In this document: positions 1-10,141 of the stretch, piece after piece | Position numbering within the stretch: position 1 is the first letter of the stretch | Layout: every line of letters begins with the position of its first letter | From: Clostridia bacterium | GTDB taxonomy: Bacteria; Bacillota; Clostridia; TANB77; CAG-508 | Reading direction: 5' to 3' | Assembly: GCA_017430135.1 (NCBI GenBank) | Contig: JAFRNM010000004.1 | Location: 69,499-133,498, forward strand | DNA length: 64,000 nucleotides | Notes under the pieces: generated by a model | What the model was told of the DNA's origin: nothing | The model's input: only the letters and a program-made list of their open reading frames with translations | The model's database searches: none | Made by a program: the position numbers and the translations under genes

Positions 1-1
1 G

Positions 2-3000
2 GTAGAATTACTTGGAATTACTGAAAAAGCTTTAAGTAGTAACGAAGCTGAAAATGGAGAAAATATTGAAGAAGGGAATGAAAAGGCAGTTAAAGATGTT
101 ACGCAAATTGGCGGAAGAGAGCCTGAAAAAACGACAGTAAACATAAATGGAATGGATTTTGCAAGTAAGAATCATATACTTAGATTTGAACTTGAAGGAA
201 CTGATAATAATATGATTAGAAACTCTACATTGACCATCGATGATATTGTTGTTAAGCTTAATGATAATACTAAAATTAAAGCGACTAAAAGATTTGAGAG
301 TGGCCCAACTGATATTAATGATGGCAAGAATGGTAAGAGCTATGTGCTTGCTTTAGAAGATCTTGAAGGTGATGGTCAGCTTACTATTAGTATTCCGGAA
401 AAAAAACTAACGGATGAAGCTGGCAACAAGAATATTTCATGTAATTATACTTTAAATATTTACATAGATAATACTGCTCCAACTATCATTTCTCCTGATG
501 AGTTTAATGGAGGCAATATTGAATTTACTGCTAAAGATATTTTATCAAACATAGGTGTACGTAATAAATATCCATCAGGCACTTCAGGTTACCAAATTAC
601 AGATAATAATATTCCTCCAATTGATGGATGGACAGATATTGAGGTTCCAGAAGCAAAAAGAGTAAATGATACAATGGAAATCACAAGTGAAATAACTTTA
701 ACAAATACAAACCTTTCAGCTGGAACACATTATATATGGGTAACTGACGCAGTAGGAAATAAAGCAAGTAAACAAATAAATGTTAATTATTCAGTTACTT
801 TAAATAACCAAGGTGCAACAACAGCAGGAACAACAAGTGTAAGTGCATCAGCAACTACTTTACCAAATATTGCAGTACCTACGAAAACTGGATATGCATT
901 TGGAGGATATTATACAGGAACAAATGGTAGTGGAACACAATATTACAATGAAAATGGTGTACCAGTAAGGGCAAATGATCTTACTCAAGATTCAACTTTA
1001 TATGCATACTGGATAGCAAACAATTATGTAGTTCGCTTTAATAAAAATGCAAAAAATGTGCAAGGCACAATGGAAGACCAAAGTTTTTCTTATACTGAAC
1101 AAAAAAGATTAAGTGCTAATAAATTTGTAAGAATTGGTTATGTATTTAATGGATGGAATACACAAGCCAATGGAACAGGGGCAAATTACACAGATGAGCA
1201 ACTGGTTAAAGATTTAACAACAACTCAAAATGGAGTAAGAAATTTATATGCACAGTGGATAACAGCAGATGCTACTTTTAGAGAAGGTACAGCTTTTAAT
1301 ACTGTAATTAAAAGGCTAGCTGGTAATGATACTGCCAACGCTGAATCAGATGATAATATGATTACTGAAATAAAATATGCAACCATTGGAAATGAACCAG
1401 ATCAAATAACTTTAGAGCGTTTATATCATATAAGAGAGACAGCTGTAAAAGCTTCTGAATCTGTAACAAGTGCAAATACATATGTGGATATTTCTCATAG
1501 TTCATCTAATACACCAATTTATGTATGGTGTGATTTTGGAATTGTATATTGGTTTAGTGAGGATAATTCACCAAAGTTATATTCTAATTGTATGAATATG
1601 TTTAGAGGTTTGAAAAAACTAACTGAAATTGAACAATTAAAGGTACTTGGAGAAGGAGAAACAAGATTTGCAAATTTTGAGGCTTCTAATGTAAGCAATC
1701 CATTAAGAATGTTTTACGAGTGTGAAAAATTAACCAGTTTGGATTTAAGAGGAATTAGTATAAATAGTGCAACTAGTCTTAACGAAACATTCCGTGATTG
1801 TAAAGCTTTGGAAGAATTAAACATAAGTAATTGGAATACAGGTAATATTACAGACATGGGCAGTACATTTTTAGGATGTGAGTCATTAACAAATTTAGAT
1901 GTAAGCGGTTTTGATACAAGTAAGGTTACTAAAATGAGTGAAATGTTTTTTGATTGTAAAAATTTAAAAACAATAAATGTTTCTGGTTTTAGCACAAGTA
2001 ATGTTACAACTATGTCTTCAATGTTTCAACAATGTGATGAATTAAGAGAATTGGATTTAAGCCATTTTGATACAAGAAAAGTAGAAAATATGCAAGGTAT
2101 GTTCTACAATTGTGATGAATTAAAAGAATTGGATTTGAGAAATTTTAATACTAGTAAAGTAAAAAATATGTATTTTATGTTTTCTAGTTGTACATCATTA
2201 GAAAGAATATATACTACAGATAGTTTTGTTACTACTCAATTATCAAATACACCATTTGACTCTGCAAAAACTAGCGAAACACCATCTTCACATTTGTTTA
2301 ATGGTTGTACAAATTTAGTTGGTGGTTCTGGAACAGCTCATAGTACATCACATTTAAATTCTGATTATGCAAGAATAGATGGCGTAAATGGGCTACCAGG
2401 ATATTTTACAAATCATTTCTTTGTAGAATTTGACCCAAATACTACAAGATCTTCAGGAACCATGGAAACTCAAGGAATTCCATTTGAATATGGAACAGCC
2501 TTATCTTTAAATGCTTATACAAAAACTAATTCTGGATTTAGAGAGTGGAACACAAAGCCAGATGGTACTGGAACATCTTTTACAAATGGACAAGTTTTAA
2601 ATTATACATTAGACCAAATTAAAGCAATTGCACAAGATACAACAGATGATAGAAAGGTTAAAATAACTCTATATGCACAATGGAATGAAAATGCAAGAGC
2701 TGTGTTCAAAACAGGTAAAGAAGTTAATTTAGCAATTAAAAGATTGGTTAAATCAAGTGAACAAAGTTATGAGAGTTTAAATACAAATATTAAGCATATT
2801 ACTCGTTCTCCGACATTAAAATCAGAAAATGAGACACAAATACAAACTAGTACATCTAGTACGCAAATTTATATTTGGGCAGATGGAAGCACATCAACAA
2901 TTTATTGGTATTCAGCAGATGAAGATCCTGAGATGAACCCAGATTCATCATACATGTTTTATGGATTAAGAGCACTTCAAGATATGGATGGTTTAAACAC

Positions 3001-6000
3001 TATTGATACTGGAAATGTAACAACAATGGAATCTATGTTTGAAAAAAGTGATACTATTGCTTCTTTAGATTTAAGCTATTTTAGCACAAAAAATGTAGTA
3101 GACATGCAAAAAATGTTCCAAGATGCTAAAGGTATTACAAGCTTAACATTTGGGAATGGTTTTGATACAGCTAATGTCACAAATATGTCTAATATGTTTT
3201 ATGGATGTACTTCTTTAGCAAGTATTAATTTTGGGAATAGTTTTAACACAAGAAGTGTTCAAAATTTTTCAAACATGTTTAGAAATACAGCATTAACAAG
3301 TTTGGATTTATCAAATTTTGATACAAGTAGTGTTACAAGTATGAATAGAATGTTTGCCGAAAGTGGCAGTTTAACAAATATTACTTTTGGAGAGAATTTT
3401 AGTGCAAGTAGTGTTACAGATTTTTATGGAATGTTTGGAGCTTGTTCAGGTTTAACTGTTTTGGATTTATTAAATTTTAGTACAAGTAGTGCAACAGATA
3501 TGGGGGTAATGTTTAGCGGTTGTTCAAATTTAAGAACAATTTATGCAAGTGATGGTTTTGTAACAGACTCAGTTACGTCTTCATCTAATATGTTTAGCGG
3601 ATGTTCAGCTATAGTAGGTGGTAGTGGTACTGCTTATAGTGCTAATGCAACAAATAAAGTTGGTGCAGTAATTGATGGTAAAGGCGGACCAGGATATTTT
3701 ACAAATCATTTCTATGTAGAATTTAATAAAAATGATTCTAGTGCGACAGGTACAATGGCAAACCAAGCAATTCCTTTTAATTACGATACTGCGATAAAAG
3801 CAAATAGCTTTTCTAAATCAGGTTATACTTTGTTGAACTGGAATACTATGGCAGATGGAAGTGGAAGAACTTTTTCAAATTCAGAAACTATAAATTATGA
3901 TTTGGCTGGAATTAAAGAAATTGCACAAGATACATCAAATGATAAAGCGGTTAAATTAACATTATATGCACAATGGTATAAAAATAATTATCAAAATACA
4001 ACAACAAAGAAATATTATGATAATTTAACTGGAGCATTATCAGAGGCTAGTAATGGTGAAACAATTAAGGTTATGAATAATACAACAGAGCCAAGTAATT
4101 TGGAACCAATTATAGATGCTGGAAAATCAGTAGTTTTAGATTTAAATGGTAAAACTATAACATTAACTAGAAAATTAGTTAATAATGGAACATTGGATAT
4201 TAAAACATCAGTAGGTGGTGGAGTTTTAAGAAATGACACTAGCGGATATGTTACTGTTAGAAATAATGAAGATGGTGTGCTAAACTTAATGAGCGGATCA
4301 ATTATTTCTGGAAAAAATATTGCGGTAGTGAATTATGGAAATCTTGCGGTAACAGGGAATACTCAAATTAGTTCTGATAATAATACATATTCGGCATTTG
4401 AGAATAATGGAACTGCGACAATAAATGGTGGAACATTTACGTGCAATGGTACTTATTCAATTAGAAACAGCACAAATGCTAGTTGTGCAATGAGTGGCGG
4501 AAGTGCAAATGGTTTGTATAATACTGGAACCTTTGAACTTACTGGTACAGCAGAGATAATAGCTACTAATCAAGTTGCTATTATGAATTTGAATCTTTTG
4601 ACCATATCAGGGGGAGCGGTAAGCAGTACTGAAGGTAATGGGGTATACCAATATGGTAATAGTGCTATGCTTAATGTAACAGGAGGAACTATTTCTGGAA
4701 ATATAGGTATTGTAGCTTATGAAAAAAGTACAATAAATATAAGTGGAAATGCTACTATTGTTACAGGAAATGAGTATGAAGGAATAAGAGGAGAATATTC
4801 GAATATCTCAATCACTGGAGGAAAAGTAGAAGGAAAAACTGATGGTATTATGGTTTCTGCTAGTGGCAGCAATGTTGGTATAGTTAATTTATTAGGCGGA
4901 ACTATTAGTGGTGAAGAGAATGGAGTTCGTGTTCTTTATAATGCGATTTTAACAATGGGAGAAAATAATGGAAATGCACCAAGTAAGGAAACACCAGCGG
5001 TAATATCTAATGCTTCATCAGGAGCATTCTATGGTGTAAACTTGAGCGATAATGCAACATTTAATTTCTATGGTGGTAAGATTACTGGGCAAGAAGGAAA
5101 ATCTATAAACAGAGATGCTTCAAATATTTTAGTTAGTTACCATGTAAATAAAACAACAACTAGCGGTAAAGAAACAGCAGTGCTAGATAAGGAAATGGGC
5201 GTAACAGCAGATGCCAATGGTGGTACCATTTCTGCAACTACTGGATGGACCGGTACTGGAGCATCAGCAACAAAACAATGCGCTGAAAATACAACTTATG
5301 GAACTTTACCAATGGTTACAAGAACAGGCTATACTTTAAAAGGATGGCATGGAGATGGATGGTTCGACCAAGATAGCATTTTGATGGCTATAGATGGAAC
5401 AACAAAGACAAATGAGGGTTATTACAAAGTAATACCTAGAAATGCATATAATTTGTATGGAAATGAAAATGGTGTAGGAACTTTAAGTTTTGAAGAAGGT
5501 AAGAAATATGTTGTTGAAATGGAAGGTTATACAGAGTCTGGTAATACCAAATTGTCTATAGGCGCTGTATATACTGATGGAAGTAGATCACCAACAATCT
5601 CAATAGCTGGAAATGAAAAAGTTGTTAGTGCTTCAACTGATAGTAATAAGAGTGTTAAAACTTTATATTTAACATATTCAGCAACTAACAATAGTGAATT
5701 TGCTTATGTAAAAAATATTAAAGTTTACGAAGCAGGTACGGAATATGTACCATATTATGTAGCGCCAACAACAAATATTACAAAAATTGAAGACCATACA
5801 ATAACAGCTTTATGGAGTGCAAACAAGTACACAATTCACTTTAATGCAAATGGTGGAAAGGGTACAATGGCTGACCAAGTATTTGCATATGATGAAATTA
5901 AAAACTTATCAGCAAATGCGTATACTAGAGCAGGGTATAGATTTGCCGGCTGGAATACTTCAGAAAATGGAAGTGGAACAAGTTATACAGATGCTCAAAG

Positions 6001-7300
6001 TCTAAGAAATATAACAGATGTAGATGGGCAAACTATAAATTTATATGCTCAATGGGCTCAAAACAATTATTTAAATACTACAACAGGTATTTATTATGAC
6101 ACTTTAGCTACTGCGTTGGCAGACATTCCAACGTTTGAAGAAGGCGATTCAATACAAACAATTCAAGCAGTAAAAAGTAGAAAAGAAACGGATGAACCTG
6201 TACTAGCTTCAGGAACGAAAGCAATATTAGATTTAAATGGTATGACTGTGACATTATCACAAGCATTAAAAAATAATGGAACACTTGAAATAATATCATC
6301 ACAAGAAAATGGTGCAATGTTGAGAGTGACAGATAAAACCATAAATAATAATGGAGATGGAACTCTAACTATTAGTAGTGGAATAATTAATAATACTAAC
6401 GGATATGCAATATACAATAATTCAACTGGAACAGTTAATGTAACAGGAGGAAGCGTATCTGGCGATTATGCTATTTACGATAGATTTTCAGGAAGAATAA
6501 ATATTACAGGAGGAACAATTTCGGGAGATTTATATGGTATATATATGTCTGGCTATGGGGTGCTAAGAATCGGAACTAATGATGAAATAGTAAGTAAAGA
6601 TTCTCCAGTAATAGGAACAACAGCAGAAACAGGAGATTATTATGGAGTTTATGTAGAAGATGATGTAGATTTCAGTTTTTATGATGGTATAATAGCAGGT
6701 AGAGAAGGAAAATCTATAAATACTCAAACAATGAATAAACCAACTGATTTCCAAGTTACAACAAAAATGGTAAATGGTTATGAAAGAGCATATTTGGTAA
6801 AACCTATTATTGTTATGGTGGGATTAATAAATGGCGAATCATTTGCTTCAGCAGATGGATGGACTATTACTGGAAATTATGCAGTAAAAACATTAATGGT
6901 AAATGAAGAATATGGTACATTGCCAACATTGAATTCAAGAGTGGGCTATAAAGGCTATTCTTGGAAAGTACAAGGTGAAGGACCAGATATTACAGAATCA
7001 ACAACTATTACAACAGCTCGAGATCATTCATTAATACCAGTATGGGAACCTAAAACAAGTACAATAGTATTTAATTCTGATGGTGGTACTGGCGGACAAT
7101 CAGATGCTGTTATTGCTACTTTTGGTGAAGAAATGCCAGAAATTTCAACAACTCCTCCAACAAAAGAGGGATATACATTTGATGGATGGTATGATCAATA
7201 TTTATCATTAAAATATTACAATGCTGATGGCACAAGCGCAAGAATTTTTACTGAAGATGCATCATTTGTGATTTTAAGAGCCAAATGGATAGAAAATTAA
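2..7300 (+). CDS. Giant modular surface protein, 5'-truncated by the window edge. It combines Listeria-Bacteroides (Flg_new-type) repeats, two arrays of DUF285/BspA-like leucine-rich repeats and two parallel beta-helix-like Gly/Asn-rich modules.
   Basis: The frame of the 152..7300 ORF stays open back to nt 2 with no stop (VELLGITEKALSS...), so the N-terminus lies upstream of the window. Listeria-Bacteroides repeats follow the pattern GYxFxGWNT...LYAQW. DUF285 units follow the pattern FxxCxxLxxLDLSxFDTSxVTxMxxMF. The beta-helix modules are GGTISG / NGVxV runs. An internal duplication is visible: NHFFVEF and NHFYVEF each follow a DUF285 block, and two NNYxNTTT...YYD modules follow. Confidence 0.85.
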   Translation, partial: VELLGITEKALSSNEAENGENIEEGNEKAVKDVTQIGGREPEKTTVNINGMDFASKNHILRFELEGTDNNMIRNSTLTIDDIVVKLNDNTKIKATKRFESGPTDINDGKNGKSYVLALEDLEGDGQLTISIPEKKLTDEAGNKNISCNYTLNIYIDNTAPTIISPDEFNGGNIEFTAKDILSNIGVRNKYPSGTSGYQITDNNIPPIDGWTDIEVPEAKRVNDTMEITSEITLTNTNLSAGTHYIWVTDAVGNKASKQINVNYSVTLNNQGATTAGTTSVSASATTLPNIAVPTKTGYAFGGYYTGTNGSGTQYYNENGVPVRANDLTQDSTLYAYWIANNYVVRFNKNAKNVQGTMEDQSFSYTEQKRLSANKFVRIGYVFNGWNTQANGTGANYTDEQLVKDLTTTQNGVRNLYAQWITADATFREGTAFNTVIKRLAGNDTANAESDDNMITEIKYATIGNEPDQITLERLYHIRETAVKASESVTSANTYVDISHSSSNTPIYVWCDFGIVYWFSEDNSPKLYSNCMNMFRGLKKLTEIEQLKVLGEGETRFANFEASNVSNPLRMFYECEKLTSLDLRGISINSATSLNETFRDCKALEELNISNWNTGNITDMGSTFLGCESLTNLDVSGFDTSKVTKMSEMFFDCKNLKTINVSGFSTSNVTTMSSMFQQCDELRELDLSHFDTRKVENMQGMFYNCDELKELDLRNFNTSKVKNMYFMFSSCTSLERIYTTDSFVTTQLSNTPFDSAKTSETPSSHLFNGCTNLVGGSGTAHSTSHLNSDYARIDGVNGLPGYFTNHFFVEFDPNTTRSSGTMETQGIPFEYGTALSLNAYTKTNSGFREWNTKPDGTGTSFTNGQVLNYTLDQIKAIAQDTTDDRKVKITLYAQWNENARAVFKTGKEVNLAIKRLVKSSEQSYESLNTNIKHITRSPTLKSENETQIQTSTSSTQIYIWADGSTSTIYWYSADEDPEMNPDSSYMFYGLRALQDMDGLNTIDTGNVTTMESMFEKSDTIASLDLSYFSTKNVVDMQKMFQDAKGITSLTFGNGFDTANVTNMSNMFYGCTSLASINFGNSFNTRSVQNFSNMFRNTALTSLDLSNFDTSSVTSMNRMFAESGSLTNITFGENFSASSVTDFYGMFGACSGLTVLDLLNFSTSSATDMGVMFSGCSNLRTIYASDGFVTDSVTSSSNMFSGCSAIVGGSGTAYSANATNKVGAVIDGKGGPGYFTNHFYVEFNKNDSSATGTMANQAIPFNYDTAIKANSFSKSGYTLLNWNTMADGSGRTFSNSETINYDLAGIKEIAQDTSNDKAVKLTLYAQWYKNNYQNTTTKKYYDNLTGALSEASNGETIKVMNNTTEPSNLEPIIDAGKSVVLDLNGKTITLTRKLVNNGTLDIKTSVGGGVLRNDTSGYVTVRNNEDGVLNLMSGSIISGKNIAVVNYGNLAVTGNTQISSDNNTYSAFENNGTATINGGTFTCNGTYSIRNSTNASCAMSGGSANGLYNTGTFELTGTAEIIATNQVAIMNLNLLTISGGAVSSTEGNGVYQYGNSAMLNVTGGTISGNIGIVAYEKSTINISGNATIVTGNEYEGIRGEYSNISITGGKVEGKTDGIMVSASGSNVGIVNLLGGTISGEENGVRVLYNAILTMGENNGNAPSKETPAVISNASSGAFYGVNLSDNATFNFYGGKITGQEGKSINRDASNILVSYHVNKTTTSGKETAVLDKEMGVTADANGGTISATTGWTGTGASATKQCAENTTYGTLPMVTRTGYTLKGWHGDGWFDQDSILMAIDGTTKTNEGYYKVIPRNAYNLYGNENGVGTLSFEEGKKYVVEMEGYTESGNTKLSIGAVYTDGSRSPTISIAGNEKVVSASTDSNKSVKTLYLTYSATNNSEFAYVKNIKVYEAGTEYVPYYVAPTTNITKIEDHTITALWSANKYTIHFNANGGKGTMADQVFAYDEIKNLSANAYTRAGYRFAGWNTSENGSGTSYTDAQSLRNITDVDGQTINLYAQWAQNNYLNTTTGIYYDTLATALADIPTFEEGDSIQTIQAVKSRKETDEPVLASGTKAILDLNGMTVTLSQALKNNGTLEIISSQENGAMLRVTDKTINNNGDGTLTISSGIINNTNGYAIYNNSTGTVNVTGGSVSGDYAIYDRFSGRINITGGTISGDLYGIYMSGYGVLRIGTNDEIVSKDSPVIGTTAETGDYYGVYVEDDVDFSFYDGIIAGREGKSINTQTMNKPTDFQVTTKMVNGYERAYLVKPIIVMVGLINGESFASADGWTITGNYAVKTLMVNEEYGTLPTLNSRVGYKGYSWKVQGEGPDITESTTITTARDHSLIPVWEPKTSTIVFNSDGGTGGQSDAVIATFGEEMPEISTTPPTKEGYTFDGWYDQYLSLKYYNADGTSARIFTEDASFVILRAKWIEN

Positions 7301-7335
7301 AATTTTTTAGAAGCTAAAGAGGAAATTTTTGAAAA

Positions 7336-7408
7336 CGACTTTTTGGGACACCCTGACTTTTGGGGATGACTTTTTAAGAGTGTCCCAAAAAGTCATCCCC
7401 AAAAGTCG
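7336..7408. repeat. Post-genic palindromic element (family member A), related to the TTTTTGGGACACTCTTAAAA family, with interleaved inverted repeats.
   Basis: CGACTTTTTGGGACACCC / TGACTTTTGGGGATGAC / TTTTTAAGAGTGTCCCAAAAAGTC / ATCCCCAAAAGTCG. Segment 1 pairs with segment 3 and segment 2 with segment 4. It lies immediately 3' of the giant CDS stop. Confidence 0.6.
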
Positions 7409-7517
7409 TTTCAAGTCGGGGCAAATTTTCTATAATTTACTATGGACATTTTTTTGGCGTTTTGTTATAATATATGTGTAGAATTTTGTAGAAAACCATT
7501 AGAAAGGGGGAGAAGTC

Positions 7518-9029
7518 TTGGTAACTGATAGAAGAGACAGGGAGCAGTTTGTAAATAGGAATAATAATTTCAGAAATAATCAAATGAATAATAACATGAG
7601 AAATTCTCAAGGAAGAACTCTAACAGAAGCGTTTGCAGAATTACAACAAGCTCGTATGGAATATGAATTAGATAATAATAGCAAAAAAAATAAAACTCAT
7701 AAAACTAAAAATAAAACTTATGATGTTTATTATACTGGGTCTATTAAAACTAAGAAAAATAAAGCAATTAACCAGGACAAGCTTTCTTTTAAAGAATGGT
7801 TTAGATATAGAATAAATAGATTAAGATATGATAAAAAACAAATTAAAAGATTAGCTTTAGTTACAACAGGTGCATTTGCAGTTTGCATTGCTGTAATTTC
7901 AACTAATAGTATATTTGCCGGATATCAAAAAGAAGAGGAAATTAAGAAAAAGATTGCAACAAATGTGTTTGAAACAAATAGAGAATCTTTAAATTTAGAA
8001 AAAATAATTATTGAAAATGTTGGAATTACTAAGTCTAAAACGATTGTGGAAGATGAGGAAAGACCAATCGATTTTGAAATAAAAAAAGAAGACGAGCCTA
8101 CTTTACCAAAAGGCGAGGAACAAACTGTGCAAGAAGGTGTTCAGGGTAAAAAACTTGTTGATTGTATAAAAAGCTATGAAGATGATAAATATATAGATGA
8201 AACAATTTTAAATGAAGAAGTTGCAGAAGAGCCAGTTCCACAAATTATAAAGGTTGGAACATCTGAATTTTTGGCAAATTACAAGATTCACCTTGGAGAC
8301 AAATTGTATGCGGTAAGTAATGTTAGTTTAAAGGAAAAAGCTGAAGATACAGCTGAAAATTTATGCATTATTTTAGCTTCTTTGGATGTTGATTTACAAG
8401 AACTTAATGAAGATGAAACATGGTGCAAGGTTAAATATGGTAATTATGAGGGATATTTAAAAACAGATAACTTAACATCAGAGGCTGTAACACCTGGTAT
8501 TGGCGAATTAAACAGAAAACAAAAATTATATGCAACACTTGATGCAAACATGGATTTAACAAAACCAAGTGGTTTAACTTTAGATGACTTTAAAAAAGTT
8601 TTAAGCGGAAATCCATCTGATATATTAAACATTATTGAAAGCAATGCTGAAGCATTTTACAATGCTGAACAAAAATATAAAATAAATGGAATTTTCTTGG
8701 CATCAATTGCAATACATGAAAGTGCCTGGGGAACATCTTACATAGCAAAAGATAAGCACAACTTATTCGGATTTGGTGCTTACGATAGTAGCCCATACGA
8801 ATCTGCAAATACTTTTGAAGAATATGCAAATGGAATTGATGTAGTTGCAAAATATTTGGCTGTAAATTACTTAAATAAGGCAGGTACAGAAATTTCAGAA
8901 GAATTAAAAGCTACAGGTACATATTATAATGGACCAACAATAGCTGGTGTAAATACTAGATATTGTACAGACAAAGAGTGGTGCACGAAAATTTTCAAAT
9001 ATATGGATTATTTGTATAATAGATTATAG
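7518..9029 (+). CDS. Membrane-anchored cell-wall hydrolase. The C-terminal domain is a mannosyl-glycoprotein endo-beta-N-acetylglucosaminidase (glucosaminidase/FlgJ-like); an SH3b-like segment and a G5-like segment lie upstream.
   Basis: N-terminal TM segment LALVTTGAFAVCIAVISTN. The motif NGIFLASIAIHESAWGTSYIAKDKHNLFGFGAYDS is typical of the glucosaminidase domain. WCKVKYGNYEGYLKTDNL is SH3b-like. A likely TTG/GTG start sits after the GAAAGGGGGAGAAG RBS. Confidence 0.75.
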   Translation: MVTDRRDREQFVNRNNNFRNNQMNNNMRNSQGRTLTEAFAELQQARMEYELDNNSKKNKTHKTKNKTYDVYYTGSIKTKKNKAINQDKLSFKEWFRYRINRLRYDKKQIKRLALVTTGAFAVCIAVISTNSIFAGYQKEEEIKKKIATNVFETNRESLNLEKIIIENVGITKSKTIVEDEERPIDFEIKKEDEPTLPKGEEQTVQEGVQGKKLVDCIKSYEDDKYIDETILNEEVAEEPVPQIIKVGTSEFLANYKIHLGDKLYAVSNVSLKEKAEDTAENLCIILASLDVDLQELNEDETWCKVKYGNYEGYLKTDNLTSEAVTPGIGELNRKQKLYATLDANMDLTKPSGLTLDDFKKVLSGNPSDILNIIESNAEAFYNAEQKYKINGIFLASIAIHESAWGTSYIAKDKHNLFGFGAYDSSPYESANTFEEYANGIDVVAKYLAVNYLNKAGTEISEELKATGTYYNGPTIAGVNTRYCTDKEWCTKIFKYMDYLYNRL

Positions 9030-9050
9030 GGTTTAAAAAGGAGACCAACT

Positions 9051-9593
9051 ATGAAAAGTATAGAAAATTATATTAAACAAATAAAAAATAATGAGGATAT
9101 AGAAAATTACTTATCAAGTGAATGCGATGTGGATTTTGAGAGTAAAGAGGACTTAAAAGATGATTTGGATTTTTTAATGGAAGGTGCAAAGTGTAATTAT
9201 GAATTGACTCCATTTGCTTGTGATGGTTCAGGGGGAATATATGCAGTATTAGATAATAGTAAAATAGGATATATTGATTCAGAAGGACAAGCGGGAATAA
9301 TTGCTAATAATATAAAAGATTTTTTTAATATAATTATTAATTGTGGAATTATAAGTGATTATGCAAAATTTAATTGTTTAAAAAATTTAGAAAAATTTAT
9401 TGAATATTACAATGAAATAGAAATACCAAGAGAAGAAGTATTTATTAAAGAATTTATTAAAGATAATTTATTGGAAAATAATCCAAATAAGATTTATGAA
9501 CTATTAAAAGATGCGGTAATGTCAGAGCCTAAATTAGTTATAGAGGCAATTGATGAAGATTATGTAGATTATATTCAATTATTTAATATATAA
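9051..9593 (+). CDS. Hypothetical cytoplasmic protein with a SUKH/SMI1-KNR4-like immunity-protein signature.
   Basis: Central motif FACDGSGGIYAVLDNSKIGYIDSEGQ resembles the conserved G-x-D-G-x-G core of SMI1/KNR4 (SUKH-1) immunity proteins. RBS AAAAGGAGA lies before the ATG. No signal peptide. Confidence 0.45.
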   Translation: MKSIENYIKQIKNNEDIENYLSSECDVDFESKEDLKDDLDFLMEGAKCNYELTPFACDGSGGIYAVLDNSKIGYIDSEGQAGIIANNIKDFFNIIINCGIISDYAKFNCLKNLEKFIEYYNEIEIPREEVFIKEFIKDNLLENNPNKIYELLKDAVMSEPKLVIEAIDEDYVDYIQLFNI

Positions 9594-9653
9594 TATGCAA
9601 TAATCTTAATATTTTGATATTCGGTATAAAATATAAAATGTTTATCGGAGGAT

Positions 9654-10127
9654 ATGATGAAAAAACAAAGAGGCATTTATAGAAAAGTAAATACATTATT
9701 TAATAAAATAGATTTATTTGAACCAGTAATGAAAAATAATGTGTATGAAGAATTTGTAGTACCTAGTAATAATTTTTTAGATGAATCTCCAAATAGTATT
9801 AAAAGAAAATTCATACTTAAATGGCTCGAAATAACGGAAGAATTTATTAAACACAAAGATAATAATAAATTTTGTAAAATTGTAGGAATGATTGAGACTA
9901 ATGGAATAAGTAATTCCAGAATTATATTATTTTATGATGAAGAATATTATAATAATTTTTGGAAAAGAGAAAATTCGTATCAAACTTGGAAAAGATTAGA
10001 TTCAGAGGAATCATTAAAGCAAAGATTGAATATTCAAACCAATCTAAAAGAAATAGGCTTTAAAGAAACTTTAAATGATGATGATTTTAAATATGAAACA
10101 GAATTATGGTTTTATGGAGAACTATAG
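9654..10127 (+). CDS. Hypothetical small cytoplasmic protein, possibly an immunity-type protein.
   Basis: ORF with GGAGGA RBS (start at 9654 or 9657). No recognisable catalytic motifs. Follows the SUKH-like gene in tandem. Confidence 0.6.
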   Translation: MMKKQRGIYRKVNTLFNKIDLFEPVMKNNVYEEFVVPSNNFLDESPNSIKRKFILKWLEITEEFIKHKDNNKFCKIVGMIETNGISNSRIILFYDEEYYNNFWKRENSYQTWKRLDSEESLKQRLNIQTNLKEIGFKETLNDDDFKYETELWFYGEL

Positions 10128-10141
10128 TATAGGAGTTAATA

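Noticed and set aside
1714-1995. Minus-strand ORFs inside the giant surface-protein gene (1714-1995, 4015-4239, 6108-6417, 6563-6754) and the short plus-strand frame at 5817-6005.
   Set aside because: They lie entirely antisense or out of frame within a long, repeat-rich and clearly coding gene. They have low-complexity hydrophobic translations and no RBS, which is typical of AT-rich antisense artefacts.
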